Origin: Takakia lepidozioides
Taxonomy: Eukaryota > Plantae > Bryophyta
DNA: 64,000 nt
Direction: 5' to 3'
Assembly: GCA_030704615.1 (NCBI GenBank)
Contig: CM060732.1
Coordinates: 4,340,001 to 4,404,000, forward strand
The notes under the pieces are model-generated. The model had not been told where the DNA came from, made no database searches, and saw only the letters and a program-made list of their open reading frames with translations. Made by a program: the position numbers and the translations under genes. Positions 1-11,505 of this stretch are shown one piece after another; the first letter of the stretch is position 1, and each line of letters begins with the position of its first letter.

Positions 1-84
1 ATCGTTTGTCTTGCTCTGAAGTCCCAGATCATTGCCAGTTTTGTTAATGAAAGGTGGTGATGGGCTTGGCATGTCTATTTGCAG

Positions 85-360
85 GGGGCAGTGCGGATCA
101 GTGTGGCGGTACCAGCACTGGAAGGGGAGGGCAACCTGAAGGGCCAGACTCTGGACCTCACTGTTGTGTCTCTGTCAGAGACAATTGGAAGCCTCAAGGA
201 AAAAATTGCCACCGAAGTTGCACTGGCCGCCAACAAGCAAAAGCTCAGCACTGGCCGAGCAGGGTTTCTTAAGGATAATTTGTCTCTTGCATATTACAAC
301 ATTGGACCTGGGGAAAGTTTGTCACTGGGGGTCAGGGAGCGTGGTGGGAGAAAGAGGTAG
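85..360 (+). CDS. SF3A1: Splicing factor 3A subunit 1 (SF3a120/Prp21), last coding exon with C-terminal ubiquitin-like domain
   Basis: Acceptor TTGCAG ends at 84. The exon reads GAVRISVAVP...GNLKGQTLDLTV...SETIGSLKEKIA...ANKQKLS...GFLKDNLSLAYYNIG...RERGGRKR*, the typical plant SF3A1 C-terminus. Confidence 0.85.
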   Translation, partial: GAVRISVAVPALEGEGNLKGQTLDLTVVSLSETIGSLKEKIATEVALAANKQKLSTGRAGFLKDNLSLAYYNIGPGESLSLGVRERGGRKR

Positions 361-481
361 TGTATGGGACAGTGAGTTTTTTCCCTTTCCTGTCAAACAG
401 TTTCCATGGTTATCAATGTCAATTTGATGGACACCTTTTGCGTTACTGGAACAAGTTTGTAGTTGGATGTTTATTATAGGG

Positions 482-591
482 GAAGGGCAGCTGATGAGGC
501 CCTTCCACCGTTTAAGAATGCGTGAACGAGGGTGATAGCCCGAGTTCACGACATTCGAAAATGTTGGAAGGGCCTCATCAGCTGCCCCTTC
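482..591. repeat. ~110-nt fold-back hairpin in or near the SF3A1 3' UTR
   Basis: GAAGGGCAGCTGATGAGGCCCTTCCA (482-507) pairs with 565-591 with one extra base. There is an inner stem GAATG-CGTGAAC / GTTCACG-A-CATTC and a terminal GGG/CCC stem. Confidence 0.8.
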
Positions 592-1241
592 ACCGGCGTA
601 AAAAACCAACGTGGCCCTTCATGGCCCCCCCAAAATCGTCACCGTACGAATTTCGCAAGGCCCTAGGGGTCTTACGCCTGGCCTCCTGTCAGGATGAAAC
701 TTCCTGTCTGAGAAGGTAACAATTTTAACAAAGGGAATTTGTAGGCGGTTTCTTATGTATACGACTGCCCTCAACAAATGTGAAATCTGATAGGATCCGC
801 TATTTCACTCATTATGGTTTGGCTGTGTAGGGTCAAACTTAATTTGTGTCTATCACGGTCTGTCGGTTGCTCCGTTTATTCTTCCACCATAGAGGTGGGG
901 TGAGACATTGAGAGTGTAGCTCAAAGTTAGCAAGATAGGCATAGACAGAGGGTGGGGGATAGGATGAGAGAGATTGAGGCTTAGCATAGGATGTCGTGGG
1001 TTCATCTCACCAGCAATGATTTGGTGATATTATTATTTTTTATTTTTTTATTTGCCTCGTGGATCGGGAACCCCCCCCCCCCCCCACCCATCCCTCGTCA
1101 GTCTTCCACTTCTACCACTTCTACCCCTTCTCCAACACGCTTGAAGATCCTTTAATAAACTTGGCCACTAGGAGCCTGGAGAGTGGTTGTGGACAACAAT
1201 GTAGTTGTGTAGCGATATGTATGCGCACGACAATTGTCAAG

Positions 1242-1450
1242 AGTGTGAAACTAGCTAGGAAATAGTTATTGACATTTGGGATTGACCCAAGTGTCAATCC
1301 AGGGGCCAATATATGTTTGGGCACCTGACATTGTTATCTTCACGGCAGATCGGGGTGGGCTCATCTTTCTCGAGTTGAGCCTCACCGCGTCTAGCTATGG
1401 CGCCGTAGTGTGGATTCCCATGGAGTGGGGTACACTTGGCTCGACTTAAT
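1242..1450 (+). repeat. Terminal fragment of a dispersed repeat, inverted relative to 3885-4067
   Basis: GTGTGAAACTAGCTAGGAAA...TGGCGCCGTAGTGTGGA...GGCTCGACTTAAT is the reverse complement of 3885-4067. TGGCGCC is PBS-like. Confidence 0.7.
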
Positions 1451-2310
1451 AGGGAGAAGGATCTGTTGCATCCCTCGCTCTCCTTCTCACTGCTGGAACA
1501 GAGGGTCTGCTGGTCTCATGGATTACCACTCATCATGCGACTTACTACCAAGCAAACAAAGAAATTGAGCTCTCTCTTAAGTTGGCGGAGGATCTGTTCG
1601 CGAGTAAGCTCCCCATTTTTCGTCCCTCGCAAGAAGTCACCATCCATTTCAGCGCGTTCTGGGACAACGCCCCAGACTTTCCATCAGCTTCCACTATTCA
1701 TGTTTTACTTGTTCTCAAATGGAATGACATTGTCACTTGCCCTGAAGAAGTCTATAACATGCCTTGGGTTTCTAAGCATTCCCTTCATAAAAGACTCCGT
1801 CGATATGGTTGATCTTTCCAAGGGCGCGCTCCTTCTTTGGGCGGGCTTTGGGCGGGTTTTATTTTGCTTGATGCCATTCTGGGCTTTGTTTCATCACCCT
1901 AGCTCGCCCTTTGCAATGATAGGGTGGAGGGCCTAATTCTCTCTATCGCCTCCGCTGCAAACAAAGCGCAAGACATGCATTTCCGCTCCACAATCTCTCC
2001 TTCCCTGGGAGACGGGACATCCATGCAGATAAAGCTTAGCTTACTTTGCCTCCCCTCTTTTCATCTACCCTTCTCAGTCTATACAGTCGCACAGATGCCA
2101 AGTGCTGGCTCGTAAAATCTCAAATTGCACGGTTCTGCCGCATTTACTCTTTCTCCCAGCATCAAAGACTTATCTATTCCCTTTCTTAATAAGATAGTTT
2201 GGAAGCTAGGGATTTCCAATGTTGCTGAATGTTGTTGAGTTCTCAAAAAGAAAAAAAGACAGTTTGTTGACTTAATGGCTCCAAGAAAAGAGAGAGACAA
2301 TATTAATATC
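1450..2310 (+). pseudogene. Degenerate LINE ORF2 C-terminal remnant
   Basis: Broken, Trp-rich frames (WRRIC, FWDNAP, KW, PW) resemble the post-RT region of L1/Tx1-type LINEs. No intact motif is present. Confidence 0.35.
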
Positions 2311-2325
2311 AGTATCATCTATCTC

Positions 2326-2507
2326 GGACAACCAGCATGTAGCCCAGTGGTAATGGGCACATACCACATTGGATGTGGTTGTGGGTTCAAACCACTGTCT
2401 GGTGTGTCATGAAGGTGTCCACCTTCCTGCTGGAAGGCAGTAGTAGCCCTTCGGGGTCAAGTGACACCATAAGTTACGCTCTCTTCGGGAGGCGTCATAC
2501 TTTTTTT
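2326..2507 (+). mobile_element. tRNA-derived SINE with 13-bp TSD
   Basis: A box TAGCCCAGTGG (2340-2350), B box GGTTCAAACC (2384-2393), a structured 3' tail and an oligo-T end. The direct repeat TATCATCTATCTC occurs at 2313-2325 and 2508-2520. Confidence 0.9.
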
Positions 2508-2645
2508 TATCATCTATCTCACTCCCTCCCGGCCGGATTTTTTTGGATTTCTTCGCTGCCTCCTACTGACAGGAGACATGTCTTCTACCTCTCTTCCTCA
2601 GGCCATAATTTTGAGAAAATCTCTCAGCCCCCCTCCCTCCTTGCC

Positions 2646-2711
2646 ATGTTTTTTAATATTCGCTCCTGGAACATCAGAGGAATAGGCTCTGATGCTACGG
2701 GCCCTAATTAG
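2646..2711 (+). pseudogene. LINE APE endonuclease N-terminal stub
   Basis: MFFNIRSWNIRGIG matches the (S/T)WNxRG start motif of APE-type endonucleases. Confidence 0.5.
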
Positions 2712-2769
2712 TGAGCAAGGCTACGTCGCTAGGCCTCTTCCTTTATGTCTGACAACTCTTTGATTTTTT

Positions 2770-4067
2770 TGCTTCGAGCAGAAATACCTGGAGCTGATCA
2801 TATCATCTCCAACCTGTAACACGCTAGCTTCCCATGCGCAGCCCACATTCCTGCAGCTCGTTAACCTCGGCCTACAACTGAAGAAGACGACCACCAGTTC
2901 GCCCACTCGTGGCCAGCATCTCCTCCGCTTCACACTGAACCGCATACTCAGTTGCCATAGCGTTGAGCTAGCAACACTGACCGCCTCTCTATCCATTGCA
3001 AACCTGCAACTTGTTCGCCTTTGCACTCTATCCGCTTTGGATAGGCTCATGCACGAATCCCTGCACTCTAGGCTGAACCGTTTTCATGTTCTGAAAACAT
3101 AAGTGTTACAACTAATTCGAACCTGACACTCACAGACTCGAGCTGATCACTTCTCATGCATGTTCCCTGGCTCTAGGACGCCTCGCTGCTGCCCTTCCAA
3201 CCCCGCTCTTGCCACTCCAAGAGCCCTTACACTGCTGAGTTTCAGATTGAAACTCCAACTCAGCACATGCTTCACAAGTGCACTGATTTGCACACAAGAG
3301 GGACCAGCCCCCTCTCTTCACTCATACCTCTTCATGAGCTTGGAGCTGAAGCTTCCAGCAGGCTGCGATGCATCCCCTCGCAGCTCCACTATTCGGCTGC
3401 TCTTCATCTACCCGCAACAACTAATTTCGGGTAGAAATACCTGGAGCTGATCATATCATCTCCAACTTGCAACACGCTAGCTTCCCATGCGCAGCCCACA
3501 TTCCTCCAGCTTGTTAACTCAGCCTACAACTGAAGAAGACGACCACCAGTTCGCCCACTCGTGGCCAGCATCTCCTCCGTTTCACACTAAACCGCATACT
3601 CAGTTGCCATAGTGTTGAGCTATGCAACACTGACCGCCTCTCTATCCATCGCAAACCTGTAACCTGTTTGCCTTTGCACTCTATCCGCTTTGGATAGGCT
3701 CATGCACGAATCCCTGCACTCTAGGCTGAACCGCTTTTAATGATCTGAAAACACAAGTGTTACAACTAATTCGAACCTGGCACTCACAGACTCGAGCTGA
3801 TCTTTCTCGAGTGATAAAGAAAGAAGGATGCAAGCACACAAGCTCTCTCAAACTCACACACTTGCACATGAAAACATCACTCATATTAAGTCGAGCCAAG
3901 TGCACCCCACGCCATGGGGAATCCACATTACGGCGCCATAGCTAGACGCAGTAAGGCTCAACTCGAGAAAGATGAGCCCACCGCGATCTGCCGTGAAGAT
4001 AACAATGTCAGGTGCCCAAACATATATTGGCCTATCAAAACTAATTGTTTCCTAGCTAGTTTCACAC
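2770..4067 (-). repeat. Non-coding repeat element with internal ~650-bp tandem duplication
   Basis: 2780-3150 is repeated at 3433-3800. 3150-3420 recurs inverted at about 6120-6370. The right end is shared with 1242-1450. Confidence 0.75.
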
Positions 4068-4089
4068 TAGTGGTAAAATAACTTGACAA

Positions 4090-4278
4090 GGAGAAGCTGA
4101 GCCCTTTGTCTCCTGGCAAAGAAATGTCAATGAAACCAACAGAGAGACAAAGAGATTCCCATGCAGTCAATTCATCATGAGATAACATAGAACCAGAAGA
4201 ACCCAATCTACCAATAGGTCTTTCTGTCATGTTAAAGTCCCCGGCAACAATCCACTGATCAATATCCAGTTGCTGCAA
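4090..4278 (-). pseudogene. LINE (L1/Tx1-like) APE endonuclease fragment
   Basis: WIVAGDFNMTE...ELTAWESLC...GFID contains the GDFN catalytic motif. Confidence 0.7.
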
Positions 4279-4299
4279 GATATTGGACCTAAGGAGATT

Positions 4300-6030
4300 T
4301 CAAAAGGAGGTCTTTTTGTCAACAGAGTTCGGTGCATAGATGTTAATGTCGGACTCCAAACTGTTGACAGTGAAGATATGAGCCTCCATTCGCATCCTCT
4401 CTTCCCTAGAGGTGATCATGTTCCAATCATAAAAATCGTCTTCAATGTCGAATGCAGAATTAACAAGCTCTCATTCCCAGAACTTAGCATATGCCTCATA
4501 AACAATAGAGGAGGCCATGCCCTTTGTAGTTTCTTCTTCAAGGAGACTTGCCAAACCTTGATCCTCCAGCACCTCCTCGGTGCCTTCAGCCACATCTATA
4601 GCCTTTCTCAGCTCCTCTTCTCCTTGTGGCACATCCAAATCATCAATCAAGTCATCCCCAGATGTACTTTGCCACTCATCATCATCAGATTCTGATTCAT
4701 CACTGGTGGTAGTCTCCTCACTTGTATCAGACTCCACCTCCACCATGGTTGGAGAGCTGGTGATGTTCATAATGCCCTCATTTTCAACACCAAAGCTATG
4801 AGCTGCCCTGTAATCTGGCTCACGCCGGTTGACAGTATGTAGTGGAAAGTGTGTCATATCCTTGCCTGACCCATATCCAATTCTGATGGTCTCATTCTAA
4901 GTATCAACCACAGCCCCAAACTTCTTCAGAAAATCAAGTCCCAACAGCATGTGGTAGGTATCAATGTCAACAATCATAAAAGATAGCATGTTTGTGAGTT
5001 CCCCTACAGCACTTGACCTTGAGATCTTCAAGTCTTCCCATGGCTATTTCTACAGCCCCTGATGCCACCCTATAGGTCATGTCCTTATCATTTACAACTG
5101 ATCCCATCAATCCCAAATCCTTGACAGTGCTGGCAGCCATGACTGACAACATAGCCCCAGTATCCACTTGCCCCAAGACTTGATGTCCACCAATAGAAAC
5201 CATAGCATGCAAGGCCTTAACCTTCCCTGAATGTGTGTATACTATCTCAGCACGAGATTTCTTCTTATTGCCTGCCACTAGAGCAATAGTTGTTGGCTGA
5301 ATACCTGGTGTCAGCTTTGTTGCAGCCACCACATTTGTGGCCTCCTTTTGCTGATGCACAGCTTTCTCTACCACTTTCACAAGACCCTTCAACTTCTCCA
5401 ACTCTCCTACTACAGACACAATCAGATCCATAGGTGACAAGAAAATTCTCCCCTTATAGAAATGGTTGAGAATCCTAGATTTCATATTCCTTCAACATTC
5501 CTTGGTGTCCTGGGAACAACTCTTTCACTGTTTGGTGTAGCAGGGCCTGAACCCAGCTCCGATCCTGACTTTCACCCACCAGTGGCATCTGAAACAGGCA
5601 AAGGGACTGGTGTTCTATGCCTGGGTAGTCTCACCTCATTGATATCTCATTCCTTGATTAGGGCTGTCATCTTCATTGTCATGTAGTACACTTCCACAAA
5701 ATCGGGTGTAGGATTGGTGCTAGTGGTTTGCTCGATTATGTAGTGACATGCACTTTCCAGGTGCCCCATCATCTTGCAGTATGAACACCTCACTCCACAC
5801 ATCTCTGTTCGGTGGCCAGGCCTGTGACATTTCTTTTGTAGTCTGGGAGGGAAAGCATACCTGCAAATTGGGCCCTTCTAGGCAACCAGGAGTCCATTCT
5901 TGAAACAAAATTGGCCAGCCCTGGGGAAACAAGAATTGTCGTACCTCCCCTAGCGTCGGACACTGTTCTATTCCACCAGGCCAGGTGAGAGGCGAGAAGG
6001 AATGGCCCAGAGAGGCCATCTTCAAATCGT
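4300..6030 (-). mobile_element. Ty3/Gypsy gag-protease remnant
   Basis: Zinc knuckle CSYCKMMGHLESAC (~5745-5790) and aspartyl protease QVDTGAMLSVM (ORF 4967..5485), followed by a frameshifted YHMLLGLDFL-like motif. Confidence 0.8.
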
Positions 6031-6039
6031 TAAGCTTGT

Positions 6040-6500
6040 GCTCTAGGTGTGTATTTTCAGATTCATTTTTGTGAGCTTCATGAAGAAATGGAGCTTGTTT
6101 CTTCTTTCTTTATCACTTGTGGGTAGATGAGGAGCAGCCAAATAGTGGAGCTGCGAGGGGATGCATCGCAGCCTGGTAGCTCCAAGCTCATGAAGAGGTA
6201 TGAGTGAAGAGAGGGGGTTGGTCCCTCTTGTGTGCAAATCAATGCACTTGTGAAGCATATGCTGAGTTGGAGTTTCAATCTGAAACTCAGCAGTGTAAGG
6301 GCTCTTGGAGTGGCAAGAGCGGGGCTGGAAGGGCAGCAGCGAGGCGTCCTAGAGCTAGGGGATATGCATGAGAAGTGCATGTGCACCAAGTTTGTAAATG
6401 TGTGTATTTTCAGATTCGTTTTTGTGAGCTTCATGAAGAAATGGAGCTTGTTTCTTCTTTCTTTATCACTCGAGAGAGATCAGCTCGAGTCTATGAGTCT
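6040..6500 (+). repeat. Second copy of the 2.8-4.0 kb repeat family
   Basis: Reverse complement of 3150-3420 and 3790-3825, with an internal direct repeat (6047-6118 vs 6399-6470). Confidence 0.8.
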
Positions 6501-7501
6501 CGTTTTGTGGGACCTTGATAGGGAGGCTGGGCTTTGAAGAACAGCGGTTTTGAGCTAGCTGATCCGGTAGAAAAGTCGGAATTGCCTCCCTGTTGCATTT
6601 TAACAAAGGAGATTACTCCCCTACAGGTAATCTTTTCGGGTTTTCAGCCCAATTCTTAATTATGGGGGAGACCAGCCTGCAGGTAATTCCTTTGGACAGA
6701 ATGTTGTTGGGGCCTATATGTACCTCTATTTGCTCCATTTTTGAACCTTCAGTGAATGGCGTGGTTTCCTGAGGTGGTTCCAGGAATGGCTAGTGGACGT
6801 AAAGAGGCACTGGCAGACCCTGTGGAGGCTTGCATGGGGCCTTGGAGGCCAAGTTTCATGAGCTCATGGAGGGCGGTTTGAGGAGTGTCTACGGGATGCT
6901 CTCATGGTCATGCAAGTGAGAGAAGAGAGGAAAAAAAAAGGGTGTTGGGATGAGAGCGTACTGGGGATAGGCATTGCTTTAGTTTCTCTTCCTCGTAGTT
7001 TTCCACCTTCTCTGTAGGCGAGACGACCTTTCCATAGGTGGAGGCAAGAGTCAGTTCGGGTTTGGGCTGGGGTGTCCTTGCAGGAGCGACACTGTGGAGT
7101 TGTTTTTGGTGTGGGGGAGTTGTTGTTTTCATTCTTGTGTTTTGGATCCCCTCCACACCTGCATGCTTGATTGTGCGCCATGTTAGTTTTGTGTGGGCGC
7201 TTGATTTTATAGGTGGTTGACTCGGGCTTGATCGCCGATCCAACCCTAGAGCATGTTGTCGATGGTGAGGCTGGGTTGATGACTAGTCAGACCATCTTTG
7301 TTTCTCCTGTGGTGATGTTGGAGGTGATGACCAGCCAACCATGGGAGTGCCTGCGGTGGATGCAGGTGCAGGTGCAGGCTATGTTAGGAACCTAATATTC
7401 CAAACCATAAGCCGCATCAGGTTTCTCTATCCGGTTACCTTGTAAAGAGGGGGTTAGAGACAGGTTCATGACCGGTTGAGTGTCAGTTTGTCAACACGGA
7501 G

Positions 7502-10500
7502 GTGCCACTAGTTGCTGGGGAAAGTGCCGGTACGAGCACTAGCGATACTAGCGGGTATACGAGACGAGGTGTGCGGTTTAGGCCACCTTCGCCTCATGTG
7601 TCTTCTACGGAAGGTTCTGATTCGGATTGTGAATCAGAAGGACTCACACCGGTGGTGCAAGTTGTTTCCTTGCCATTGTTGTGGGACACAATGGAGGAGA
7701 TGTATGGAGCTACCAAGGGGCCACGAAGGTACTCTGGGGCGGTGGGCACCATTGAGTTGGATGATTTCATTCAAGAGTTTGATAGTTGGTGTGACGACTT
7801 GCAGCAAATGCGCAATCCACAACTGTTTACGCCTTTCATGGCATGGAAGGGGCTGTTTCAGGAGGGGTCGCCCATGGATGATTACCATGAGTTTAGGTGG
7901 AGGCACGATGTTGAGATCGAGGAGTGGAGGATGTACTGGTCACCCGACTATGTCTCCATCACTAGAGGCACAAGGGCAGCAGCCACACCGGCAGCTGCAC
8001 CAGCAGCTTCCACGAGCAGTAGTGGGACTAGTGGCACAGCAACTACGACGTCCACCCAAGCTATTGCTGTACCAGCACCAGTGGCCGTGCCTGCCTTCAA
8101 CCCTGTTGTGGAGTTCTTTGAAGAGTTGAGAAGGAACTACCAAGGGGTGAGGACAGAGAAGTTGAGAAGCTTGCAAGAGTTCCAACGGAAGCCTACTGAG
8201 AGCTTGAGGGAGGCTTTCACTCGCATGAGGCGCTTGATTAATGTAACCCAAGGGGTTATGGAAGCTCAGGCAGTCCAATTCTGGTATGGGATATTGGACA
8301 AGGAGCTGAGGAGAAGGGTGCGGGATGCAACTCTCCTACAAGTGGCCCAACCCACCTTAGCAAATGTGTTTTTGCTGGCAAAGCGGATAGAGCTCAACAT
8401 GGTGGAGGAACGAGTGGTCATGGTGGGATTTGCTAAGGAGGCACCACGGGGTAGTGGTGCTCCTAGCCAACCACTACCTCAACGTGCTCAAGGCAACAAG
8501 GGGGCTTAGGTGAAGCCCAGGGAAGGACAGAGAGGACCTCAGATGCAGGGGTCTCTCCCTTCATTTGCTGGCCAACAACGGGCGGATGTGGTGTGCTGGA
8601 CATGTGGAGGACCCCATGTCAAGAAGGATTGCCCAGAGGGAGGCAATGGTTTGACACCGGCACAGCCTGCACAATTGCAGTGTGGGCATTGTGGCAAGTA
8701 CGGGCATGGAGAAGCCCAGTGCTATGGTTTGCATCTTGAGTTGCGCCCAGGCCAGTTCCAAGGGAACAATGGTGGCCGGGGGCGAGGTGGAGTAACCCAG
8801 AGAGGACGAGGTGGCCAGGCACGAGGTGCAGGCCAAGGGCAAGCTCAACATGGCCAAGCACGTGGAGGTCAGGGTGTTGAACAAGGCATGGCGAACCGGC
8901 TTCAGCAGCTAGAGCAGAGGCTCGCTGCCATGGCCACAGCTCAGGTGGATGATCCACCTCCTGCTCCTGAGGGAGGAGACATGGGAGGCATGGGATTCAT
9001 GTGCGGGGCAGCACTACCACTAGTGAGGGGTGTCACTACCACTACCACTACCACTATGGGTGGGGCACCACTACCACTACCACTATGTGCGGGGCAGGAC
9101 TACCACTAGTGCAAGTGGAGTCAGCTGCGGCAGTGACTCGAGGAGCAACACGAGTTCCTGAGCCACGGGGTACGGAGGTGGAGTTGGATCCACGGCGTGG
9201 GGAGGCAAGCCGTCAGGCTAGGCTTCCTCAGTCATTCACATTGGCGGAGACAGTGTCGACGCCGTCCATGGTATCTAGTTCTCGTCCGACTGTTACCGAG
9301 GTGGAGGTTACTATGCCATTGGGGAGAGCTACACGGGCAGCAGTACCACTACCTAGTGTTGCCAAGGCTACGACAGCTAGTGTGCTGCTGGGAGCGGCCA
9401 CATCTGTGTGTCAGGCTCAATTGTTCTCGGCTACCATGATTGCGACGTCGTGGGTAAGACCAGCTGAGGTGTTCAGGCTGCCAGCGACACTCTGTGAGAG
9501 TGGGGAGGTTACTTCAGCTTCTGCGGAGATATTGGGAGGTGTAGTGCCGGAGGGATCCTCGGATGTGAGGGTCAAGACTGCCACGGCGGCGCCATGGCAA
9601 GCTGCAGCTGCCAGGTTGGCAGAGCTGCCAGCTAGGCCAACCATTGAACGTTGTCATGTTAGATGGCCTTTTCTGTTTGAGTGGACCGGCAGGCAAGAGG
9701 TACCGGCCATTGCGGGTATTGTTGGACTCAGGAGCTCAGCCACTGATGTTGGGCAGAGCTGCTATTGCAAACTTGGGCCTCACAGAGGCGGATATGGAAC
9801 CGTGTCCTTTCCAGATACAGACATCTCTGGGAGAATCGGAGTAGGCTCGGGGCATGACACGACGTGAGCTGGTGATCAGACTACAGCCAGATCATCGTAC
9901 AGATGGCTCAGTGATGAGAGCCAAGGCCATTGTGACAGACGCGGTCTCGTACGATGTCCTTGTTGGTGGGGCACTGTTGTACCCCATGGTCTTCACCCTG
10001 GGTTTTTGGGAGGAGTCAGCTTCCTATAGGCCTGTCCTTCCTATAGCCACTTACAGCTTCATCAAATAGTATCTCCAGCATACATCTTGGAGAATGTACC
10101 ACTGATGGGCGATTCTCGGGCCAGGGTGATGGTCAGTGTGCATCAAGTCCGGTCGTGGCTTGGGTTAACAGTGTTGCTAGATGCAGCTGCAGTGGGGTCA
10201 CGAGCTCATCGTCCACGGTATGGTGGACTAACTTGATGCCACCCGCATTGCTCAAGCGTGCATTTGATGGGGTGCAGCGGCCAGCACACCTCACAGTGGA
10301 TAGCATTTTGGACACAGGGAGGAAATCTCAACGTGTGAGACACAATGACCATTCACCTTTGGCAATGGTCAACAAGGTGGGTCAACCACGAGCAACACTA
10401 CCTACACTGCTCAGCTTCCCAAGATTGCATGCTTTCCGGGATAGTGGACCTAGCCTCCTGTGGGATGCTCAGTTGCAACAGTTAGTGGAGCCTAATGCCA

Positions 10501-11505
10501 ACGAGCGAGAGCGGGCTATGGGTTTTTCCACTGGGACCACGGCGGTGCCTTCTCTTTCTGAGGCATCACGTCATCAGGTGTTGGGGCAAGCGATGGATCT
10601 CAATTGCTTGACCTGGATTATCAGCTTGGCTATGGCTGAGCAACGTAGAGTGCGGAGTGCACTTCCCTTGACGGTCTCTCTGCCTACCAAGACGATACAG
10701 GCAGTGAGTGGGGGCGAGCCGGTGAGGACCATGGGGTGCAGACATCCATGGCACACGTGGGAGCTGCTCGAGGTCAGAGGGAGTTGGCAGCCAAGGCGGC
10801 TATGATGGATGAGGTTGAGGAGGTCCTCAAGGATGAATGATGGGGCAGGATGAGGCCTTGTCATTGACTGAGCAGGCAGGGAGTACTACTCAAGAGGTTG
10901 CGGCATAGCAACCACGGGACGTGTCCTCTACCTCTAGGTCTGCTGGATTTAAGGTTGCAGTTACGGAGGACAATTGGGAGCCTAACATTGGACCCATTGT
11001 CACTGGAGGAGAGAGACGATGTTTACGGCGGTTCTTGAGGGCTTACAGGAATTGCTTTGCCTTCAGTTTGAAGGATTTGGGAGCACTGAAGGGTCAGGAG
11101 ATTCATATTGAGTTGGCCACGGACACGCCAATCTTTCGGAGACCCTATAGATACAGTGTCATGGAGAGGTCTTTGATTCAGATGAGGACTCATGATCTCT
11201 GGGAGGCTGGTTTGGTGGAGCTCTCTGGTGGAGAGTATGCTTCAGCCACGGTGATGCCAGCCAAGAAGGATGTCTATGGCAATTGGACGGAGAGACGTAT
11301 GTGCGGTGATTACCTGTAAATCATCAAACCAAATTCGATAAGTATGCCATGCCCACACCAGAGGATATCTTTGATGCCATTGGGCATGCCAAGGTCTTTA
11401 GCACTTTGGACTTGCGGTCTGGATATCACCAGTTGCCGATCAAGGAGGCAGACAAGCAGAAGACGACATTCTGGGGGATCAATGAGCACGGGAAGGATTG
11501 CCTAT
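7502..11505 (+). mobile_element. Ty3/Gypsy retrotransposon (gag-PR-DNMT-RT), 3'-truncated and degenerate
   Basis: Gag has an in-frame TAG at 8507 and knuckles CWTCGGPHVKKDC and CGHCGKYGHGEAQC. Protease RVLLDSGAQ (~9715). RT IFRRPYRY...RRMCGDY and KVFSTLDLRSGYHQL, truncated at ~11505. Confidence 0.9.
10045..10650 (+). pseudogene. C5-cytosine DNA methyltransferase domain (motifs VI-X, DNMT3-like) inside Gypsy pol
   Basis: Frame 1 gives YILENVP (ENV at 10090-10098) and LLDAAAVGSRAHRPR. After a 1-bp frameshift, frame 3 gives WWTNL, LPTL, EPNANERERAMGF (motif IX) and VLGQAMDL (motif X). Motifs I-IV are missing, apparently deleted at ~10030. Confidence 0.85.

Noticed and set aside
490-562. Hammerhead ribozyme (CTGATGAG ... 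CGAAA present)
   Set aside because: The bases after CTGATGA do not pair with those before GAAA, and the core is sequestered in the long stem.
2326-2410. Functional tRNA gene
   Set aside because: A and B boxes are present but there is no convincing cloverleaf. The TSD and 3' tail identify it as a SINE.
1242-4067. Single 2.8-kb TIR transposon bounded by the ~200-bp inverted repeats
   Set aside because: No TSD is evident and the interior is a mosaic of LINE, SINE and repeat pieces. Two oppositely oriented fragments of one family are more likely.
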